Shown here: positions 51,945 to 64,000 of the stretch, piece after piece | Layout of the letters: the number at the start of each line of letters is the position of its first letter | Numbering within the stretch: position 1 is the stretch's first letter | Source: Paramecium tetraurelia | Taxonomy: Eukaryota | DNA length: 64,000 bases | Assembly: GCA_000165425.1 (NCBI GenBank) | Contig: CT868668.1 | Coordinates: 62,001 to 126,000, forward strand | Direction: 5' to 3' | Translations under genes and position numbers: made by a program | Notes under the pieces: generated by a model | The model's database searches: none | What the model was told of the DNA's origin: nothing | What the model saw: the letters and a program-made list of their open reading frames with translations, nothing else

Positions 51945-53933
51945 TCAATATTATAGTTTTTGACACTCATTACAAGAACATTAATCTTGAATGTTTAAGT
52001 ATATTTGATGAGGAGAATAAAAATCGACAATCGAGGGTTTGAACTATTTTTTTCGGAACTCATTTTTTTTTATACCACTATCAATATCTTTAAGGTTATT
52101 GTTATAATTAACAAATTAATGTGGTATTCTAGGTTTAGTTTTTTAATGCATTTCATCAATTTCCTATTTTGTGTACGAGTTTTTGAACTTGCTGTTGGAT
52201 TTTTCTGTAATACTTCTAAAACCACTTTCGTGAAGAAATAAAGGAGGAATGTATGCACTTTTTAAATTAATAATTGACTTTTTATCAGCTAAACTAGTAA
52301 AATCAGATATTTTTCTTTGATTTTAATTTGGACTTCCACTATTTGATTGATTAAGCCTAACCATAGGACTGTCAAATCCACTTAAATATAATTATTAAAA
52401 ATACTATAATGAATTGAATCTAAAAGATGATTCCTTATTTATTATTTCACTACTTTCAGGGATGAATATAGAACGCTGTTATTAATTCATAGGATGTTCG
52501 TCAATATCTTGAAACATATCATCATGAATTTACAAAATAACTTCATTTAAAAAGTCGAAAGGCAGTTCCCCATACTCTTCATTTTTGAGAATTATTAATT
52601 AATTAATATTTTCACAAGAATGGCTTTTAAGACCAATTTTTTTTTTATTTTTTTTTCGATCAGCCAGAATTCTAAAAATACATTTTTATTTGTTTGCTTT
52701 AACAGATACAGTTTAATTTAATGGGCTTTCATTTTTTTCTTAATCAGAATCTTGGATTAAATTTCTGAAAATGTTAGTGATTTAAATCTTCTTTTTGGCT
52801 CTCATCAATTTATCATAGAGATTAGCCTTAACTAATAAAACATTCTGTTTAGTAAGTCTTGGCGAATTTAAATTATCAAGAAGTTAATCTGCATCATCAT
52901 TTACTGACAGAAATAATCTTTTCAAATCTTTTGTAAGTTCCTTTGCCATCTTATTGCTTTTATTTAATAAATCTTAGATCTCTTTATTTCTTTCTTCAAT
53001 AATTTGTAACCTTTGATTAAAGAAACTGAATTCTTTATTCTTTATTGAATCTCTCCTACCAGATCTCATGCTCTTTTTAAGTAAGCTAATCTATTCAGCC
53101 TCTTTTTTACTCCCATAAAGTTCTTAAAATTCAATATTGAGAATTGCCACTGGCAGTGAGAAGATAACTGTATTGGCCATTAATGCCATAATGCAAGTTA
53201 CTATTATACCAATAATAGACTTTGGAACATAATCTCCATATCCAACAGTTGTCATTGTGACAATCCCTAACCAAACTGCATTTTCTATTTCTAAATCATT
53301 CTCTGTATGCTCTGAATAATATAATACTATGGCATAAGCAAGAGTTATTTATAAAAAGGCTATGATTAAGAAGTAAAACTGAGAAATGCAATCTGCTACA
53401 CTTTTATACAGAATGTCTACTCCTTTCAAATATCTCTTTATTTTTAATATTCTTATCACTTTAAACAATTTCAAAATTCTAAATCCATTTAATGCAGTTT
53501 TACCATACATCAATGAAATTATACTAAGTGGAGCTATTGATAACAGATCTATCATTAATTATTAATCTACCTATAATATTCATATGCTAATATAAAAATG
53601 CCTTTAAGGGATACCCATATACAGTATAAGTCGACAATCGAAGTAAATATTCAATAGCAAAAACAACAAAAATAAGGATTTCACAATTATTGCTTAAATC
53701 ATTATAGGTTTAATTACTAGTTCAGAATAATGTATATACTTGTCAAATAGCGAATCACAAAGTATTTAAACTTAAGATAGCAAAATAGTAAAACAAATAA
53801 TAAATTATATTAATCCCGCTAATCTACTTGATGAAGGATCTTCTAATAAGATAAATAATATTTTTCTAAATTAGTTCAACTATTCTTTGAAATCGTTAAT
53901 CCTAACCTAGATATCTTTTGGTGGTACATGCAT
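51945..53933 (-). CDS. Voltage-gated K+ channel, 6TM Kv-like
   Basis: Pre-S1 LLEDPSSSRLA, S3 NIIDLLSIAP, S4 FRILKLFKVIRILKIKRY, pore VWLGIVTMTTVGYGDYVPKS, S6 FSLPVAILNIEF; long low-complexity C-terminus. Confidence 0.92.
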
Positions 53934-54784
53934 AATATAAATTTAATCTAATAATATAAAAATTAATTGAAAAATTTATCTTCACTAATTTTAATCCTGT
54001 AGAGTGTTTCGATGCATACTCACAAGTTGATTAAGCAACTAATTACTAAATTATTTTTCTTTATACTTACAGATAAAATTCTGTAGCAATTTTCAAAAAT
54101 CAAAAGAAACGATTTAGAATTAAATTTTAATAAATTAAGAAACTCTTGTGTTTATGATAATTTATAAATATAAAACTCAATTTAAGTTAAGTAATTAAGA
54201 ATTTTAATTAATTCTTAGCCTAAAATAAGAATTAATATAATGAACTTTAATAAAACACTTCACATAATAATTATATTAGAAGATATTAATGTATCAAAAA
54301 CTTTATAAAAATTAAAAGAATAAAGTCATTAGTTTTTTGAAGATTTAAATATCAACAACAAAAGGAATTAAAAATTATACAAGAGATGATTGATCACTCT
54401 TAATTAATTTATATCTACGAATTCAATTTTAGATACTTATTAGATTATTTTTAGGTATTATTTATTATGAATTAGTTATATTTGATTTATTAATCTATTA
54501 TATTCTATAAGGAATAGAAACAATACACATTTTTAGTTAAGACAGTCATCTTTAAAAACCTAAGAGCTTTTATGTATTGATTATTCATGAATTCTTAATA
54601 ATATTATATATGAGCAATTATCTATAATCTTTTGATTTAGTATATTGATTTTGTATTAGAAAAGCATAGAAACTAATCTTTGAATGAAAATTGATAATGC
54701 TCCATATATTGGTAGGATCATAAAAATATAAGAAAATGATATATAAAAGTGGATTTCATATAATTAATATAATTATTAAAGTTA

Positions 54785-55164
54785 ATGATGACCTCGACAT
54801 AATCATAATTTAATTTCATAAGGAAACAGATTCCAAAAGCTCCTAATTCTCGATAATTCAGTAGAGAAAAGAGTTAACCAATGTTGAATCCTATTACCCC
54901 AACTGTATGAATGATGTTTATACATAAAAGGCGAAGTTTCGCATTCATCATAATAATCAGTTTTTAAGTAGAGAGAAGATGCAAAAGACTAGCAACAACT
55001 TTTTTAATAACACGGCTGAAAGTACAAAAATAACAAAAGCTTAGAATTAATCACTTCTTCGAAAACCAGAAGCTGATTATAAATAATTGATATTTGATAA
55101 AGAGGATTAAGAAGAAGAACAGCAATTCTAAGTACTTTGCTAAACTTTGGATAAAATTTTGTGA
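54785..55164 (+). CDS. Small hypothetical protein
   Basis: MMTSTQSQFNFIRKQIPKAPNSRQFSREKSQPMLNPITPT; two candidate introns (26 and 23 nt) give an open frame ending EEEQQFQVLCQTLDKIL*. Confidence 0.5.
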
Positions 55165-55262
55165 TTTTTTAGCAAAATAAAACTGTTTTTTAATTTAAAC
55201 TCAAGCTATTCATTTTTTTCATTTTGTTTTATTTAATAAATTTATTTCAAAATATTTTTATA

Positions 55263-58200
55263 ATGTACAGAAATTATGATCCAACTGCATCGCCTGCACT
55301 TTCACACTAATCCTAGGATGATTACGAATAAAAAATCAAATAATTGCTGAGAGCCAATGATAAACTTGTATGTATTGAACTCATAATTAGAATGTTGTTG
55401 TTAGAGAAGCACTTGCTGAGAATGAATAGCTAAAGGGAAACATTGATGTGCTCTACAAAGAAAATAAGGATCTTAACTAAGTCAACATTGAACTCTGTGA
55501 TTAACTTGAAAAAATAAAAAGGAATACAAGATAACATTCGATGCATGATAAACCTATAAATGATTATGAATAGGAAATCACATAATTAAAATTATTGTTA
55601 CAAGAAAAATAAAAAGAGGTTAACTCTTTTAAAATAAGATATAATGAAGACTTACAAATAAAATTGGATATTGTGGATAAAGGAATTAATGTAAGATATA
55701 TATTAAATATATATTAGTCTAATAAATTGAAATAATTGGAGGAGTAAAACTAATAGTTGATATAAGAATTAGATTTGATAACCAAAAGACTCTTAGAGAG
55801 AGATAATGCTTAAGGGAATGTTGATTATGAAGAATTATTGAGAGAAAGAGATTAAGAAATAGAAATACTAACTTAATAAATCATCCAAATTTCTAATAAT
55901 AAATAAGTCAAACAATTTGATCCAAGCAGCGAAAAGAAACAAATAACTGAGACTGAGGAATATTATGGTTAAATAATAAAAGAATTATAAGAGAAAATCG
56001 AATAATTAAGAATAATAGTTATAGAGAAAGATGATTAATTGAATCAAGGTTAAAATCAAAATGTGCTAATTGAGATGGAAACATTATAGGTTTAATTGGT
56101 ATAATACAAAATAGAAATAGAAGGATATAAGACTAGAATGTAATACATTCAAAACGAATTATCAGAGAAGGATCATTTAATTGAGGATTTATAGAATATT
56201 ATTAAAGATTTAACCAAAAAGCTTTAAAATAAATACCCAAATGACAATCAAAATCCTAATTAAAGAAATCCAGGAGAAGCAACAAAAAATGCTGCTGATA
56301 TTTACTAAGAAGATGAAGATAATTAAGACAATCCTGATTAGAAAGATCAAAATGAGGAGAAAGAGAAAAAGAAAAAGAAGCACGGCTTGGAGGGAGCTAA
56401 AAAAAGAGATGATGAGGATTCAACTAAAGAACTCCAAAAAATTATTGCCAATTTGAAAGCAGAAAATTAAAAACTATAATAAGAATTGAATTAAGCAATG
56501 TTCAAAATAAATCAATAAGAAGCTCTTTTAAAAGAATAAGACAAGTAACTGAATATACTAGAATTAAGAGAAAAGGAAATTAGGCAATTAAAGGATTAAT
56601 TAAATAAATAATATAAACTAGAATAAGAAAATAAATAATTAGAAAAGAAAGTTGGAGAGTTAGAATAAAGAGTTTAAGATTTAATGCTTGAACTTGAAAA
56701 CCATGATTCAGATAATAAATTGAATTAGAAAAGTTAATAAAAAAAAGAGGCTGAATACTAAAAGGCACTCTAAAAATAAAAGGATGAATTATTGGCCAAT
56801 TAAAAGAAGATAGATTAAATCAATAAGCAAATGCAAGATGAAATTAACTTTTTCGAAGATTAAATGAAAGATCTACAAGAGTCTCTTAAAGTAAAAGATC
56901 AAGAAGTTAAGAAACTCTAAGAATAAATTAAGGAGCTTACAAAATCCTTAGAGAAGAGCAATACTCAAAGTGATTAAATTGAAAAATTGCATTAAGAAGC
57001 TAATTCTTAAGCATAACAATTAGAGGAGCTCGAATAAAAAGTCTAATCATAAGAGTATGACATCAAGACTAAGGAGCAGGAAATCAAGAGACTTAAAGAA
57101 AAGAATAGGGATTTGCAATTATACTAATTAAAACTAAAAGATTATGAAGAGAATATTAATAAGTTAAAAGAAGAAATTGATAAACTTAATTAGATTGATA
57201 AGCAATAATAGGAGGATATATACAAACTAGAGTAGAGTAATAAAACTAAGGAGTATTAATTAACCAAATACTAAGAATAAACCAGAGAAATGACTAATAA
57301 AGTAAAGGAGATAAATGAAGAAAAAACAGTTGAAATGAGAAAATACTTAATACAGAATGAGGAGTTATAGGAACAGATTAGAATCCTTGAAATTGAAGTT
57401 AAAAAGCTATAGAGCAATATTTAAGGTAATTAAAGAACTCCAGAAAGAACAACAAAATTATAATAAGAATTGGATGAGTTATATGATAAATTAAATTAAT
57501 AAATAGGAGAAAATGGAGATCTTAAAATTTAAATATAACATCTTTAGACATAAATCAAATTAAAAGATTAAGATGTTAAGAAGTTATAAGAAAAACTATA
57601 AGAAGTTTAATAAGATTAAAATAAAGAAAATGATTTAATTAAGGAGATTCAAGAACTACATCAATAAATAAATAAACTTGAATAAAGTACCAAATAACTC
57701 TAAGATTAAATTAACAAATTAGAAAATCTAATTAAATAAAAAGATTAATAATTGAAAAACCATGAAAACGAAAAAGAATCTTGGAAAGATAATCTGACCA
57801 AGTTGGAAAACAAAATTGATGAATTAGAAACACAACAAATAAGAGAATTATAATAGTAAGATAAATTAAATAGAGAAACTATAAAAAAATTAGAAAATCA
57901 ATTAAAATAAAAGGAACATGAATTAAAAAAATTGTAAGATGAGAATCGATTATAATAAGAGAAGATTTCGAGTTTGGAAGCAATGATCGAACAAATTAAT
58001 GATCAATACCATACTTCTTAACAATAATTAAATGAAATTCAATTGAAATTTTAATTAACAATCAGAGAAAAGGAATTTGAAATAACTAAATTGAAATAAT
58101 AATTAGGCAGTCAGAAATCTCCTGAAATATAAGCAGAAATAGATTAATTACATCAGTAAATAATTGAGAAAGAGACAGAAATAATAAAAGCAAGGGAAGA

Positions 58201-61200
58201 TACATCAGAGTTGTAACAAAAAATAAGGAATTATGAATTAGATTTTAAGAAATTATAGGAAACTATTAAAGATTATTAAAAAAAGTAAGAAAGAATTTCT
58301 CAATTAGAAATCTTAAATAGTGAACTCAAAATAAAAGATGAAACTAATTAAGTTAAAATTGATGATCAAAATTAGACTATCAATAATTTAGAAGCTATTA
58401 TTTAATCAAAAGATTAAACTATTAAGAAATTGCAAGAATAGCAGAGAGAATTTACAAAAAAGGGCGATTAATTGATAAATATTTAAAAGAAATTGATAGA
58501 AACAGAACAGTAGTTATAGGAACATATAGAGAATGATCATCTAAATTAAGAAAGAATTAAATCTTTAGAGTAGTAAATCTCATCGAAAGATTAAGAATTG
58601 AAAAAATTAAAAGATCAAATTAAGGAAATTTAGAAAGAAAATGAAAAGCTTTAATCAAAATAGACAGAGATGGAATAATTATAATAAAAGCTAACAGAAA
58701 AATAAAGTAAAATTGAAGACTTAGAAAATTAGATTGAAGAATTATTAAAAGAAATTAAAAAAAAATCTTAGGAAAATTAACTCCTAGAAGAAAAAGCTTA
58801 GTAATTAAAAAAGTTAGAAGAAAAGTATAAGAAATAATCTAATTTGGTTGAAGAGCATAAGCAAAGTAATGACTAACTTGAAAATAAAGTGAAGTCATTG
58901 GAAGAGTAAATTCAAATAAATGATGATGAAAAATCAAGTTTAGAAAGAGAGATTGAATAGTTGAGAAAAAAGTTAGAGGATGAAAAGAAGTAGTTTGAAA
59001 ATAAATTAAATTAATAGGCAAAACAAAAGGATGAAATCATTGCAAAATTAAAAGAGAAAATCGCAGAGTTAGAAAAATTGGAGGCTGAACATTTTGAATT
59101 TACTTAAGAGGTTGAAGACTTAAAAGAAGAGTAAAAGTCTAGAAAGAATATAGAATCAAAGCTTTAAACAGAAAATAATGTTTATCAAAAATAAATTAAA
59201 TAATTAGAATAACAGATAAAATAATTGTAAGATAAATTGAAAGAAGAGGAGGAGGCTAATAAATAATTGTAAAATGAGATGGACTAAACAATGTTGAATA
59301 TCAAAGTTAAAGATGATATCATCTATAAGTTATAAGAATAAATTAAGAAGTTAGAGTTTTCTGTTAAAGAAAAAAAGGAGGAGATCAAAAAGTTCAAATA
59401 AGATATTTCAGAAAGAACTAGTCAGATTTCATAAATGGATTTGATTGATCGAGAAAAAGAGGAATTAAATGATTAAATTAGATTAAAAGAGAAGGCTGAA
59501 GAATCACTAAAATAAACCATCACAACGCTTTAATAATAAATCACAAAACTAACAAAATAAGTTTAATAATTGACTTAAGATAAAATAGAGCTTTAATCAT
59601 AAATAGATATATTAATTGATGTAGAGAATTAAATAAAACTTAAGGAGATAGAAATATAAAGATTAATGCAAATAGAGAATGATTATAATAGATAGAAAGA
59701 AAAAATTAAAACATTGGACAAGACTATTGCGGATCAAATTCAAAAAATAAAAATTTACTAAGAGTATGAAAAATAAACTATTGAGCAAATAAAAAATTAT
59801 GAGTAAGATTTAGATGAAAAAGAACAAACCATCCAAAATTTAGAACAGGAAATTTCAAAATTAAAGTAATAAATTGAGGATTATTAAAAATAAATTGCTA
59901 AAATTTCTAAGGAGAAAGAAAATGTCAGTTAAAAGGTTAAATCAACTGAAGTAAATCAATAGAAGAAATTGGATTAATTAGAGGATGAAAAACAAGAATT
60001 ACTAAATGATTTGCAATAATAAAATTCTTTAATTGAAAATTTATAGAATCAACTTAAAGTTCTTTAGGAAAACTATGATAAATTGAAGAAAGTAGAGAAA
60101 GAAAAAGAAGATATAAAAAAAACAAATGATAACATTGAAAAGAAATATAAAGATTCAATTAAGGAGTTAGAAAAAGAAATTTAAAGGTTGAAAGACGAAA
60201 TGATTAGAAAAGAGCATAACAATTCAAAGGAAATCGAATAGCAGATTGATAAAGCCTAGAAATTAAAACAATAAAACACTTAATTAGAACAAACCATTAA
60301 AAATTTATAAAATAATGAAAAGAAACTAAAATAATTAGAGGAGCAATGTAATTAAATAAATGAGAGATCTCAAGAAAAATTGAATAAAAAAGATTAAATA
60401 ATAGATGATTTACAAAAATAAATAAAAGATTTGAATGAATAAATTAATAAGTTGAATAAGATTTTAGGCAATAATTCTTAAGATGAAGGAGATGTGATTG
60501 AAGATTTTGCAGAAGATGTTGATGTAGATGATAACAAGAAAACTAAAAAGAAATACGAGAAGGAATCAAAGAATGATAAAAATGATTAGAAGAACGAATA
60601 GAAGACTGAATAGAAAACTTATCGTTAGTTGGAAAAAGAGATTGAAAAATTGACATAAGAAAATTAAAATAAAACATAGAAAATAAAAGAATTAGAAGAA
60701 TAGCTGAAGAAAAGTTAAGAGTAAAATTAAAAGGATACTTAAGAAAAATAATAAAAGAATTAAAAAGAAAACGAGTAGAATTAGACAATAAAGAAATAAG
60801 AAACAGATATTAAGAAAAAGGATGAACAAATAAAGAAGTTGTAAGAGGAGATTTAAAAAACAGAAAAAAATAATAAAGAGAAGGAATATTTAGAATAAAT
60901 AAAAGTACTTAAATAAGACATTGATAAAAAGACTGACCAAATTACTAAGTTATAGGAATAGATTCAAAAATTGCAAAAGGATGCTAATTCGTAGAAATAA
61001 AAAGATGAAAAATATAATAAAACTGAATAAGAACTAAAAAAGAAAGATGAAGAAATATCTAAATTGAAAGAAAAAATCGAAAAAGATTAAAAGGATAATA
61101 ATGACAAAAAATAGAATGAAAAGAACCAAAATGAATTAATTAAGAAACATCAAGAGGAAATCAAAAAAAAAGATGAAGAAAATTAAAAATTAAAAGAGTA

Positions 61201-61865
61201 ATCCAACGATAACAATAAATTAAAAGACTAGATATCTAAATTAGAAAAAGAGAAATCTCAAACAGATGATAAGATAAAGAAATAAGAAGATAAAATAAAA
61301 GAACTTCAAAAATAAATTGATGATTAAAAACAAAAGACTCCAACAAAAAATAGAGAAGATCCATAAGGATAATCAGATAAAAAACCAGGATAGTCAAATG
61401 ATGCTAAGCTTAAAGAATAAATCAGCAAATTAGAGAAACAAATAGATGAACTAAAGATTCATATTATATATTTGGAAAGCCTATTAAAGCAACATGGTTA
61501 TGATCCAAATAAACTCAAACCAGGAAAGACAGATCCTGACTCAAAGAATCAAACACCTAAAAAAGATGAGAATAACAATGATTATCCTGATTTGTAACAA
61601 GTCAATGTTGTCAATGTAATATTTAATATATTATTTTTAGATTAGAAGATTAATGGCAGAATATAAATATGAGAAGGATCGCTATGAGAATAAAGTAGTT
61701 CAATATACTGATGAGTTAATTAAACAAAATAATTTGGAAAAGGATGCTGAAGAAAAAATTAAATGCCTTGAGGATGATCAATTTGTTTACAATGACCCTG
61801 ACAATCAAGAACCAAAAGTATATGTAGTAAAAAATGAAGCAGGGTCGAATAAAAAAGTCAAATGA
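55263..61865 (+). CDS. Very large coiled-coil protein (~2170 aa, E/K/Q-rich)
   Basis: Code-6 frame consistent at all points checked over ~6.6 kb, with three tiny introns; heptad-like E/K/Q/L/I composition; the last exon matches ORF-track 61653..61865. Confidence 0.85.
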
Positions 61866-61960
61866 ATTCTAATATGAAATAGTATATGTTTTATTGAGAA
61901 CTTTTTCATATAAAAAAATATTATAAAAATACTTAAAATTATTTGGATAGAAACTAAGAA

Positions 61961-62511
61961 ATGTAATAACAAGCAGAAGTTTTATAAATAAGTATGGTAT
62001 AGGAGGAAATCACAATTATAGAATTCCAAACTCTTGATGGTCCTGATTATTAAATCAGAGTAATAGAATATATTAATTAGATTAATGAAAACACAAAAAG
62101 GAAATTCGGCTAAGTGAAACTCTTAAATAATGAAGAGCGTTTTGTGAAAATCGATGATGAGGCTTAGAAATTTAAAACAACAGTTTATAAAAACCTTTAA
62201 AAGTTCATAGATGCTCATAGTTCAGATGATGATAATTAAAATCACGAAAAATTACCCTAACTTTCAAATAAATTATAAGGTAATATTGTTAATGTAAGTT
62301 AGATATAATTGAAGAAAGAGATTATCTAATATTTAAATCACTTAAAAGAAAAGACCTATTTGACTTAGCATGTTTGGCTGAATTTTTAGTATATAAAATT
62401 CTAGCTGATTTAGTGATGAAAATAATACTCTTTCATTTAGCTGGTACATTTATATATTTATCAAAAGGGAAAAATAAAGTAGAGATAGATGAATGGTTAA
62501 ATAAAGAGTGA
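61961..62511 (+). CDS. Divergent Skp1-like protein
   Basis: ITIIEFQTLDG..FKTTVYKNLQKFIDAH..KDLFDLACLAEFLVYKILADLVMKIILFHLAGKNKVEIDEWL*, resembling Skp1 [41 protein letters not shown]; three tiny introns. Confidence 0.65.
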
Positions 62512-62680
62512 ATATATAAATATATATAAATTTAAAATCATAAAAAGTAAGTCACTGCAAATCAGAGGCAATATAATTTTAAAATATATCACTGCCTAAT
62601 CGAATCTAACAAACTTTAATAGAGTTTTATATAAATTAAGAAATGAATAAATTGTTCATTAATTTCAAAACTTTAAAGCT

Positions 62681-62906
62681 TCATGGATCTATAAGAATTG
62701 AAATTATGACCCCAACAACATACAAGATTATTAAGATGATGGAAACAATTCTTATAATAAAAGTGCTTTTATCTGTTTGAAATTCTTTTTTGTCTAATTT
62801 AATGCAATTATGATATACTATCTTCATATTATAAAAGCTCATTTTCATCATTTTCATATTGATTGTTAATTTTGATACTTCTTTAACTTTCCTTGTTATC
62901 ATTCAT
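62681..62906 (-). CDS. Small tail-anchored membrane protein (~66 aa)
   Basis: MNDNKESQRSIKINNQYENDENELLQYED + 25-nt intron + KKEFQTDKSTFIIRIVSIILIILYVVGVIISILIDP*; single C-terminal TM helix. Confidence 0.65.
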
Positions 62907-62961
62907 AATATAAATTAGCTATAAATATAATTAGTTATTTTAATTGATAATTGAATATAAA

Positions 62962-63303
62962 TCAATCCAGACACATCCAAACTATTACACCTATGCAAAG
63001 AGCTGTGGTTAAAGTTATTAAGAAAAACACTAGAAAGTTGCTAGGTCTGTATCCAGAACTTTATGTTTAGTCAATTACTATTAATCTTCCTGCTCCATCA
63101 GGGTATTATTGTTATAAATACATTTAATTGGTCACATCTTATGATAGGTATTACTATTATTATTATTATTATTATTATTAATATTATTATTAATATTGAT
63201 ATTGTTATTATTAGTAATTCTATTAATTATTATTTTGCATAGTTATAGGGTACTAATCTTACATTTACACATACATATAATTGTCTTATTAATTTTAATT
63301 CAT
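62962..63303 (-). CDS. Q/N/Y-rich tail-anchored protein (113 aa)
   Basis: Intronless code-6 ORF MNQNQQDNYMYVQMQDQYPITMQNNNQQNYQQQQYQYQQQYQQQQQQQQQQYLSQDVTNQMYLQQQYPDGAGRLIVIDQTQSSGYRPSNFLVFFLITLTTALCIGVIVWMCLD*. Confidence 0.75.
63151..63200. repeat. (TTA)n trinucleotide microsatellite encoding polyglutamine on the minus strand
   Basis: Eight perfect TTA copies at 63157-63180 plus imperfect flanks, read as TAA (Gln) codons in the 62962-63303 ORF. Confidence 0.85.
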
Positions 63304-64000
63304 AATAAATTAATTATATTAATAAAATTATGATTTAATAATTTTAGAATTTTAATCTTATATTGATTTTATTAATACAAAAATTATTATATATTGTCTA
63401 ATCCGTATTTACAATTTATTTATTGGTGCCTATAATTTTAAATTTCTCCAATTATTTAAGGTCATCTGATATATTTTATGTATGAGAATATACAAGAAAG
63501 TCTATTAGTTTAAGTTTTGAAATAAATTTTGTACATGATAAAGATTTAATCTATAACGCTCTTTAAGTTTTACTATATATAGATTAACACTTGCAAAATA
63601 TATAAATTTTTCTTGATTTATGTTAAAATTTTGTTATGATTTAGTTTCTAAACTTGAGAGGAGGTATTTAATTAAGGTTTTTTTCGATTGCTAAATTGGT
63701 TAATCACTGAATTCAGATAACGTCGAAATTAGAAATTGTGAAATGAGATTCAGTATTATTTTTTAGACTTCCATTTCAATTCAAAATTTAAGAATAATCT
63801 AAAAAGATAATATAAAGCTAAGAGTTAATCTTCATTTGAAACCCAAAACTATTTTCAAAAATATCAACAAATTTCTGCATGAATTTGTATTTATTTTGAT
63901 CATGATGGAGTTTATTCATAGAATAAAAATTAGTTTACTATTAAATCCAAGTCATCCTCATATAAGGTTATATTCTTTTCATGTCAAATCCTTGGTAATG

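Noticed and set aside
51139..54784. Longer AT-rich gaps flanking the K+ channel (51139-51944, 53934-54784); similar gaps at 38321-38813 and 63304-64000
   Set aside because: I found no convincing ORF, terminal inverted repeat, telomeric repeat or RNA gene. They may hide decayed genes but I cannot support that.
9..62902. Most short ORFs in the provided track (for example 9052..9408 +, 15471..15770 +, 35971..36291 -, 52005..52241 +)
   Set aside because: They are antisense or off-frame shadows of real code-6 genes, or fragments cut at TAA/TAG Gln codons.
1..64000. CRISPR arrays, prophage, transposases, retained IESs, selenoprotein UGA/SECIS
   Set aside because: No repeat-spacer arrays or mobile-element ORFs were seen. 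Interruptions in genes are GT..AG introns or 1-2 nt indels rather than TA-bounded inserts. In-frame TGAs are not in redox-type motifs.

Overview
AT-rich, very gene-dense eukaryotic DNA from a ciliate, most likely Paramecium macronuclear (somatic) sequence. Conserved proteins read through only if TAA/TAG = Gln and TGA is the sole stop (translation table 6). Genes carry tiny GT..AG introns of about 21-28 nt, and intergenic gaps are often under 60 nt. The supplied ORF track treats TAA/TAG as stops, so it shows only fragments. I re-translated by hand and support about 30 genes. Recognisable ones are a DNAH6-like inner-arm dynein heavy chain, NOP58, an SCP/FCP1-type phosphatase, an EF-hand protein, NDUFA6, NDUFS1, an inactive MPP-beta/UQCRC1 core protein, a divergent Vps23/TSG101, an STPG-repeat protein, a pseudo-enolase with an N-terminal docking domain, a TFIIB-core-only protein, two casein kinase 1 paralogues, RPL13, a His-rich NAC-alpha, two divergent Skp1-like genes and a Kv-type K+ channel. 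The rest are coiled-coil, membrane and small tail-anchored proteins plus one probable pseudogene. Several genes show 1-2 nt reading-frame breaks, mostly in homopolymers, which are most likely assembly errors. I found no rRNA, tRNA, transposon, telomere, CRISPR or evident IES, and nothing I can defend as a new multi-gene system. The best leads are individual unusual proteins and the extreme gene packing. Coordinates are hand-derived; some start codons and exon boundaries are uncertain.
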